The position numbers and the translations under genes are program-made. A stretch of DNA of 64,000 nt from Octopus sinensis (taxonomy: Eukaryota), in NCBI RefSeq assembly GCF_006345805.1, contig NC_043000.1:43524001-43588000 (forward strand), written 5' to 3'. Under the pieces are notes generated by a model. It was given only the letters and a program-made list of their open reading frames with translations. It was not told the DNA's origin and made no database searches. The stretch's first letter is position 1. Each line of letters starts with the position of its first letter. Positions 55,259-64,000 of the stretch are shown piece by piece.

Positions 55259-55611
55259 TCGCCAGGCTAACATAGCTGTCCAGAAAAATAAGACGAATGC
55301 TGCCGTTGATTAGTTCCGAGAGGCCAGAGCTTCTAGCTAGTTATGTGATACAGTAATCTGTGTCCATTACAATGATAAGGAGCAAATTCTCCGAAACCGG
55401 TTTGTGGGTGTTGATGGGGAGACTGAAGACCTCACCTATTCGAATGTTATAATAGACACAGACTTCTATCACGTAGCTAGATGGAGGCGATGGGTTCTTG
55501 GAGCTAATCCACTGCAGCATTCGTCTGGACTGCCATATTAGCTTGGCTATAAATATCAAAACTCAGTGCTGCTGCTGTAGTTTCCTTTAGAGAGATTTAG
55601 AAATAATAATG

Positions 55612-55622
55612 ATGATTATAAT

Positions 55623-55692
<70 letters not shown>
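55612..55692. repeat. (AAT)n microsatellite
   Basis: Directly visible. Confidence 0.95.
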
Positions 55693-55693
<1 letters not shown>

Positions 55694-55913
55694 TATGGAC
55701 GAGTGAGTGATGATTTCCTGAGTTTAAGGCTATCGCTTAATGCCTACCGAGGTCTTTTACAGTGCTCAAAAATCCTGAAACACAGCCACAATATGTGTGA
55801 ATCTGAGAGAGGAATATGAACAAAATCATAATAAATTGATTCTCCTGTATTTCTTTTTACCCAAAGCCAGGAACATTTTCAAAGACCCCCCTCTCATATA
55901 TATATATATGTAT

Positions 55914-55961
<48 letters not shown>

Positions 55962-55974
<13 letters not shown>

Positions 55975-56134
55975 TTCGAGACAAAACCACTATTTTGCAA
56001 AACAAACAAGGAAAGACTTAACCAATACATAAAATTTTTAATATTTCTTTATATTAAACATTTTTATGTATTGATTAAGTCTTTCCTTGTTTGTTTTGCA
56101 AAATAGTGGTTTTGTCTCGAATTAATATTATATA
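55962..56134. repeat. Near-perfect palindrome, about 82-bp arms with 8-nt loop
   Basis: tatataatattaattcgagacaaaaccactattttgcaaaacaaacaaggaaagactta.. is mirrored exactly apart from about 2 mismatches and 1 indel near the loop. Confidence 0.95.
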
Positions 56135-56244
56135 ATATTTTACTATAAAATTGGACTTAATCCTAAATCTGATTTTTTCCCTGTAAATTTGGATTTATTC
56201 CCTAATATTTATTATTTATTATTATTATATATATATATATATAC

Positions 56245-56319
<75 letters not shown>

Positions 56320-56443
56320 CATACATATATATATATTATACATATATATATATATATTATATATATATATATATATGCATGTATATATATTATACATGCA
56401 TATATATATGTATATATATATATATAATATATATATATATATA

Positions 56444-56502
<59 letters not shown>

Positions 56503-56548
56503 ATATATTATATATGTGTGTGTGTGTGTGTGTGTATGTGTGTGTATT

Positions 56549-56755
56549 CAGAGTGCAGTGAATAAACTGTCGTCTAAATTACGCAAAGATGGAAAGAACA
56601 CTGACATCTCATTTAAACAAATATATTTACCAAAATTACATAAAAATATCTTGAAAGGCTAAAGAGTAAATTTTATTCAAGAAAATCGCTATTGGTTTCA
56701 GCCACGGCATCCAGACGACTTCGAACATCCTGCAATTCTTCTCGACATCTCTTCA
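56549..56755 (-). mobile_element. 3' end fragment of the maT-like element
   Basis: cagagtgcagtgaataaactgtcgtctaaattacgc..atatatttaccaaaattac is the reverse complement of the 46100-46345 family sequence. Confidence 0.75.
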
Positions 56756-57590
56756 CTTATGGGCCTGTTGTCTCGCCTAATCTGGGACACACTAGTTCCT
56801 TTAACACGCGACTTCTAGGGCCTTTCTCCTGACGGTATCCCGCAGCAAAGGGGCTTTTATACAAAACACATACAGTAGGGTTGGGTGACTGTTTACATAA
56901 AAGTGCCGTATAAGTATAAACACCATAACCTATGTAAATTTGTGTAAGATACATAAAATGTCTGTAGAAAACAATGGAGTGTACAGCCTTTTCTTGTAGA
57001 TGATAATAATTGCTGTCCTCAAGAAATATTTAAAAATATACAACTTCTGTTTGTTATGCATAAACTTCATCGAGTTCAGGTTCTGCATTGACCTCCAACA
57101 CCCATCGCTTACATGCTTTTGCATAATGTTGTTGTTCAAATACCGCAGTCAATAAGAGCTGCTATAAACAAGATAATTGGGTGAAAATATATTCTTTATA
57201 TAGAATATAAGAAAATTGGTATAGAGTCTGTTTTGTAAGAATATATAAATACTGACGCACAGCCAAACACACTTACACATGCAAGGCACACACCCAACGC
57301 ACGGACACACACTAGCAATACACATACACGGTACACACGCACACAAGGCGCTTACACAAACACATAAACGCAGGGCACACACGCATGTATATATAAACTT
57401 TTTGCTGAAAAAATACTTGAGAGGGAATAAAAAAATTTAATAGGTTCATTTAATCAATATGAGAGAATTCGTTTCTAACGTCTGAATACATGAGAGTTAG
57501 TCAGGTGATATTGACTCGATACTGGCTTTTGTAGTTTATATATATTTACTATTAAATATGTTTATTCATGTATTTTCTGATGCCTTTCAG

Positions 57591-57662
57591 GTTTCCTAAT
57601 GAAGGGGGAACCAATTAGGTACAAATTTAAACATAAAGACATATTAGTTCTTAATAAGAAGA
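57591..57662 (+). CDS. Coding exon (phase 1-1), GFLMKGEPIRYKFKHKDILVLNKK
   Basis: Acceptor ttttctgatgcctttcag| and canonical donor GA|gtaagt; 72-nt open frame. Confidence 0.6.
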
Positions 57663-58442
57663 GTAAGTTAAAGAAAATATTGAAATATAAATTACATTAA
57701 AAACAACGAAATTTCGAGTGCATAAAACAAAATTTCCATATTGCATTACATTGAGAACAGAAAGAGGAAAATGGAAAACTCATTGCAGATTTTGGCGTCG
57801 ATGTTATTTTCTTTTCTTAATGACTGCTTCGGACACCGACAGTTTCATGTGTTATTATTGGATATACTTGCAATATATATTTTGACGTTTTCTTTCTATT
57901 TCTATTTTACAAATATATTCGCTTGAACATTTCTGATTCTATCTTCTACTTTGTCAACTGAGATAATACACTCACATATGTATAAACTATTTTATTAGAT
58001 TTGTAGGTATCAACAGAAAGCAATAGGAAATAGAAAAAAGATTCAACTTTGTAAATAGTGTATATGTCTAATGATATCGATTATGGTTTAAGTCGTATGC
58101 CTCTAGTTGTCATGTAGATTTGATTGCGCATTTATATACTTTTTTAGTCGTAATGTTTCACGCCTTATAATTCAAAATTTTTTTCTACTTTTATTATTTA
58201 AAATAGTTTGGCGTTTTCGATTTAAATATTTGCGATGGACTCTGATCGTTAGGAACATTTTTATATTTTGCAAAGTATGTAATTCACTCATAACTACACT
58301 TCATGTATTTTTGAATTTGAATTTTATACACTTTTTCTTAGTAGTATGTAATGTATCAATTTATAATATCTTTATGAACCAACAGCTTAATCAATGAGAA
58401 AAAAATTGCATAAAAAGAAACTAATATATGTTCTAATGGCAG

Positions 58443-58503
58443 CATGTCTTGGAAGCAGAACCAAAGGGAAATAAAGGGAAGTATTCAGTTAATATTGACT
58501 CAG
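58443..58503 (+). CDS. Weak candidate exon (HVLEAEPKGNKGKYSVNIDS or MSWKQNQREIKGSIQLILTQ)
   Basis: Acceptor gttctaatggcag| and donor CAG|gtatca; two frames open; not directly in phase with 57662. Confidence 0.25.
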
Positions 58504-58793
58504 GTATCAAATAATCATTGGTACATACGATTTTGTGCTTAGAATAAACATAAAATTATAACTTCGCTATATAATTTAAGTAAATGTATTACCATTCTGG
58601 CAAATCGTACAGAAGCGCAGCATCAACCGTAGGAAATACTAATCTAATGTGCACATTATCTGGGCATAAATATATACCTCTCTATTATTATCCCCCGGCC
58701 ATTCGACTGTGACGAGTCATCGATACATTTGAGCACTTTATAGGTGCGAAACCATTGGCCACTCTCTAATCGGATGTAACAAGCAACCTTCAC

Positions 58794-58890
<97 letters not shown>

Positions 58891-59971
58891 AGATAGATAG
58901 CTAAATGCATACATACATATATACATGAATATAAACACACGCGCACACATAAACGTATATGTGCTTATATATAAGTGCCCAAAGTGTACGTACGCCGCTA
59001 AAGATTTTAATAGAGATAGTACAAAAATAGGAAAAGAACGCAAAATTTCCAGACACTTAGGTGATACAAAAAAGGGACAACAAAACATCTAGACAGATGA
59101 TATAAAGAAAACAAAGACGGGGGTCATTCAGAGTTTTCTATCCTCAGTCGAGTTCCAGATCATCTTTACAATTTCGGCTGGTTATAAACGAGATTGCTAC
59201 AATGTGACAAGCCCCAGGGAAAACCTAAGCTAAGAACATTAGATTCCTTTGAAGAAAGCGAATGTATACGCAAACAAGGTCGGAAAAAAACCGAGAATGT
59301 TACACAAATACATTGCAAATAACAGGAGTTAACAACAATGTCTTTCGACTAAGGAGGAATTCAATTAAGCTAGCGTGTGTGACGATTTCACAAGGAGGAA
59401 TATAGATGTTGCTGGGATGATAGTCGAACCAAGAAAGAAAGGTCAGGCTTGATCAAACACCAGTCACGTGGTGAGAGAGTGAGAGAGAGAGAGAGGTAGA
59501 GGCAGAGATATAGAAGAATTAAGGAGGGGCGAGAAAAATGAAAGGGACACAGTGAAGTGAAAAGAGGAGGCAAAGTGAGCAAGAAGAGAAGATCAGGAAA
59601 TGTGTGAGAGGGGGAACGAAATGCGGAATTGAGATAATCGCAAGTTGATATTAGGTGATAATACGTACGTTTCGATACAGTAGTTGTTTGGAACTCTGCA
59701 TAGGAAATACCAAGCACAATTATGGCCTTATCCACAGCATACAATCAGGGAACATTTTATTACATTCTGTTACAGAGAATTAATGATGGCGAGGCACTTT
59801 CGAAGTATTTTCAGAGAGAGTAAAAGGAAAGCAATTGATACAAAATATAAAAAGGGACTAAGAATGAAGAGCAAAGGAGAAAGGAAAAGAAAAAGAACAT
59901 AAAGTCTGAAATATAGTGAGAGAAATATAACGAGAAAGGAAAAAAAATTAAAATACAGGATAAAGAGTCGG

Positions 59972-60010
<39 letters not shown>

Positions 60011-60096
60011 TGTGTGTGTATGTGTGTGCATATATATATATATATATATATAAATGGGAGAAATATATATATATATATACGTAAAGTATATATATA

Positions 60097-60399
60097 TAAG
60101 GGTGGGCGTTACTGTAGCTTTTAGCCCCAGGAGATCATCGTCTCGAGCTGGCTTTAGGCACACTTTCTGTGCCCTTATGGTATTTGCAAAAGGAGGTCAT
60201 CCCTCTCTCGTAAATCGGTGACTGCCGTACGCCGAAGACAGGCAAATACCTAGAAACTGCAGTCCGTGCGTGTCACTTAGGTTTACGAGAGAGGGATAAC
60301 TTCCATTTGCAAATACCATAAGGGTACAGAAAGTGTGCTTAAAGCCAGCTGGAGACGATGATCTCCTGGGGCTAAAAGCTACAGTAACACCCATCCTTA
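60097..60399. mobile_element. Fold-back MITE-like element with about 120-bp inverted arms and about 65-bp spacer
   Basis: TA-agggtgggcgttactgtagcttttagccccaggagatc..ctctctcgtaaa versus tttacgagagaggg..ggggctaaaagctacagtaacacccatcct-TA. Confidence 0.8.
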
Positions 60400-60491
60400 G
60401 TGGTTAGCCATATTGAGATGGCTAGTATACTTTACGTTGTCGAGCAGTTACTGTATACATCTCGTTCAGAGGTTTATTATTACTATATATA

Positions 60492-60530
<39 letters not shown>

Positions 60531-61214
60531 TGTGTGTGTGTGTGTGGTGTGAATGTATATATATATATATATATATAAACTGGAGACACAAGAAGGACAA
60601 GTTCAGCTTGTAAATAAAGAAAGGAAGAAAGAGAGAGAGAGGACGAAAGGAAGGTATACTAAAGGAATATGGACAATCATATCAGAGATAAACATATATA
60701 TATAAATATTCAAATAGAGACAAATGAATACATCAATATATAGTCCCCCTCCGTATTAAGAGAGTGAGAGCAAGGAATAGAGAAATAGAAGAAAGCACAG
60801 AAAAAAAGAGAACACATGATAGTCTCTCCTTCCTTTCAAACTTTCTCACTTAGCTTGCGTTTTTTATGTAAAACTAAGTAAATTCTTCCTAAATGATCTT
60901 ATTCTTACATTTGCCTCCACGTTCATTATCATTCGAGCCGTACATATTGCTTCTTTTAATATTTCTTGAATTACTGTTGTCAAATTATACCGCTATTATG
61001 TAAATTAAATTCATTTAATTTTGTGATTCTGAAGAAGAGTAATCTAATTTCATTTTCTGTAACATGGTTATGTGAGAGATATAGCTAATATTGTAAGGGG
61101 TATCAGCCATCTGAATGTGGCTAGCCACTGGGGGGGGGGTGTTACTGATGCTTTTAGCCCCAGATTTATTATAGCTAATATTGTTTTAGTTAAAATTGAA
61201 GCTGGTTATTTCAG

Positions 61215-61279
61215 ATCCAGTAACAGGAAGAAAATACTGGACTTTAACGATTGCGAGAAAACTTTTACAGACAGTCTAA
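61215..61279 (+). CDS. Weak candidate terminal exon, (D/N)PVTGRKYWTLTIARKLLQTV*
   Basis: Acceptor ggttatttcag|; phase 1 matches the upstream donor. A second frame is also open. Confidence 0.2.
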
Positions 61280-62199
61280 ATTTATGTTTAATAGGAGCAG
61301 TCTTAAAATTTACAGTCGGAAAATTTACCAGCCCATTTCTCTCTCTCTCTGCCTCGCTCTCTCTCTGCCTCTCTCTTTCTGCCTCTCTCTCTCTCTCTCT
61401 CCTTCCCTACTCGCTGGTTTTCTGTCTACGCACTCATACACACACATATATACCATCACACACACAAACTTAAAACAGTTCACGGAAAAATCTAATGATT
61501 TTAAAATATGATGAGACATTAAGTATTTATATTACCTTTAAAAAACATATGCATATGCTTATCTTAGATTGCATCCACTCACTATTTATATGTTTCTACA
61601 AGTTCTCCAAGCTTCTGCAAGTATATTTCAAAAGCAATATTTTACTACGCAAAATTGCGATAAAGTGAAGTCAACTGGGAGAAGAATTTTAAGTTGGCGA
61701 AAGGGAGAACAGAAGTAAATCAGAATCGTTTGCACATAGTGTAAAATATCCAGTCTTATTATGATTGTGACAATGCTTCCTCACTACTACATATGGGAAA
61801 TAATAAATCGGAATAGTTATAAAAGGTTGGATCGATTTATGTGGCAGCTAGATACACGGGAACATTATGACGTGTATGCCTTCATCGTTTCGAGTAAATT
61901 ATCGCATGATTTAAAACTCAGTAGGATTTTGATGACTCTATCAGGAGTTTTCTTGTCAGATAAAGAGGTAAAGAGAATAAACATCGATTATAACTATTTA
62001 ATGAAACGTTTGTCTATTTACGTTTCAGAAAATCTCTGGAGGGTATTTCCTAGCCCCATCAATATTTAGCTATTGTTAAGCTAGCCAGGTTACATTTATA
62101 TACAAGTACATACATGCATTCATATGCATACAAACACACTGGTATATATTCACACACACGTATGTACATATATATGTACATGTGTATATATATGTATAT

Positions 62200-62368
62200 A
62201 TATCGATCGCGTTCTCACCGGGAATCGATTTTTGTAATTTTTTTCAAGACTTATACTCGCCCTGATACCGTCGGTATCTACCTATCAAATTGGAGCGCAA
62301 TCTGATGTAGGATGCCTGAGATCCTAGAAGACACACACAGACAGACAGAATGGATTTTATATTATAGA
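62200..62368 (-). mobile_element. Helitron 5' fragment
   Basis: Minus strand A|TCTATAATATAAAA followed by (TGTC)n/(TG)n; no 3' CTAG end recognised. Confidence 0.6.
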
Positions 62369-62764
62369 TATACATACATACATACATTTATATTCATATA
62401 TACGCATTGTGTATATATAAATATATGTGTGTGTGTCCGAACATACATACATAGTTAATTACTTTGACGAGTAGCGATTTTTCTCTATGAGCAAAGCACT
62501 TCCACGTCACTGCAGCCTACACAATTTAAAAAGAGTATCTACCAAGTATCCCTGTAACTGGTCTTTTCGGCTGCCACATCCTGGATGTGCTAGAATGTCA
62601 AGAGGATGTCTATGTCTATTCTCAGTTATGTATGCCATTAAAACTGTCATTGAAAGTATCGTTCCTATTTTGAAGCAAAACTTGTTCGTTGATGATTCGC
62701 TATTTTTATATAGACCATAAATACAAGCGTTTGTGTATGAACGCATGTATTTGCGAATGAATGC

Positions 62765-62795
<31 letters not shown>

Positions 62796-62814
62796 CGTGT
62801 GATTGTGTCTTTAT

Positions 62815-63008
62815 TAGTCCCGCCACCATCGCTTGACAATCGATGTTGGTGTGTTTACGTCCGCGTAACTTAGTGGTTCAGCAAAAGCGATCGAAAGAAT
62901 TAGTACCAATCTTTACTAAGAATAAGTGTTGGGGTCGATTTGTTCGACTAAAGGTGTTGCTCCAGCATGGCCACTATGAAAGGACTGAAATAAAACAATA
63001 AAAGAATA
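62815..63008 (+). mobile_element. 3' part of a SINE, third family
   Basis: gttggtgtgtttacgtccgcgtaacttagtggttc..ggggtcgatttgttcgactaaagg..ccagcatggcc..gactgaaat with an A-rich tail. Confidence 0.6.
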
Positions 63009-63199
63009 TATTTATGTATGGCTGAATGAATATATGTATACATGTATGAATGAATGTATGTATACATGTACATATATGTTGATAATTACCAAGCAATTTC
63101 GAGGTCAATTTATCATCGCACTATTGAAAATTTGACATAATCTACACTCATGAGTTGTGGATTTCCGTGCAATGATTTGCCTCTGTACGTCATTGTTTT

Positions 63200-63790
63200 T
63201 CTTTCTTTCAGAATTAACATTAATAATGCGAAGATAATCTCTCAGCATCTAACCACAGCTTTAAATATTGAAATAGATGATGAAATAGTGTAACGTGTAA
63301 AGCAATACACCGATATTTGGTAACTAATATGTTTAAAAGATAAAATTCAGACCACAGAAGTTTAACGATGATTACAATTAGGATGGATATCCTACTGTAA
63401 ATAGAATCACATCATGCGCAGTGCCTTATTTGTATCTGAAAAGAAAGGTTTTCAGCCAGTGTGAGTTGCTTACCATTATGTATGCATCAGAAACACAGGC
63501 TATCAACAAGAGCATTGAAAACATGTTTAGGAGATCACAAAGAATAATAGAAAACAGAATGCTGAACCTTACCAAAAAACGGATGAGTGAAGAAACAACA
63601 GAATAAGCGTGGCAACAAGTTTAACGGATATTATCTGGAAAATATAAAAAGCCCGAAATGATCTTTGGTAAGACAGGTATGTTTGAATGCTTCGATGCCC
63701 AAAGATGGATAACGCAAACATCAGGCTGTGGCAGTTGGTGAGAATATTATGAGGCCTTCGTACACCAGTGGATTGAACATTTACTAGAAT
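63200..63790 (+). mobile_element. Degenerate RTE LINE 3' fragment
   Basis: ININNAKII.. and LKRKVFSQCELLTIMYASET..RSQRIIENRML match the RTE C-terminus; (ATGT)n tail. Confidence 0.75.
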
Positions 63791-64000
63791 TATGTATGTA
63801 TGTATGTATGTATGTATGTATGTATGTATGTATGTATGCATGTATGCATGCATGTAAACATGTATGTATGTACATATGCACACGATATGAAAAGACTGCA
63901 GATATACCTCATTCAAATTTTGTCATTAACCGTGACGAGGACGACGGTGGTCACCGAAATATGCCCAGATTTAGCACTCGTATTATACAACTAACACATT

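Noticed and set aside
58726-58760. GCAC..GTGC GAAAC CATTGGCC hammerhead-like motif
   Set aside because: No CUGANGA core (CATTTGA), no NUH triplet and no stem I pairing.
63211-63300. Strong acceptor followed by ININNAKIISQHLTTALNIEIDDEIV
   Set aside because: Part of the degenerate RTE LINE at 63200-63790.

Overview
AT-rich, microsatellite-dense eukaryotic DNA. The SINE families and (TA)n/(TG)n/(TACA)n load suggest an octopus genome; this is an inference from remembered repeat families, not a database result. Most of the supplied ORF track is translated microsatellite or transposon debris. The window looks like the interior of one long-intron, plus-strand protein-coding gene that I could not identify. 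Manual splice-site and phase analysis gave about 8 reasonably supported short exons (1-65, 14039-14106, 18178-18275, 27078-27178, 34176-34257, 35127-35186, 41247-41365, 57591-57662) plus several weaker candidates. The introns hold tRNA-derived SINEs, RTE, R4/Dong-like and CR1/L2-like LINE fragments, mariner (DD34D) and maT-like (DD37D) relics, non-autonomous Helitrons, MITEs and many Penelope-like (PLE) relics. The most notable signals are: (1) at least four distinct families of minimal type I hammerhead-ribozyme motifs in PLE terminal-repeat relics, one on the host gene's sense strand inside a 572-bp partial tandem unit; (2) a 1.6-kb minisatellite of roughly helically phased A/T tracts; (3) several near-perfect long hairpins; (4) an R4/Dong-like element sitting inside a (TAA)n array. 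Repeat boundaries are approximate unless terminal motifs are quoted.
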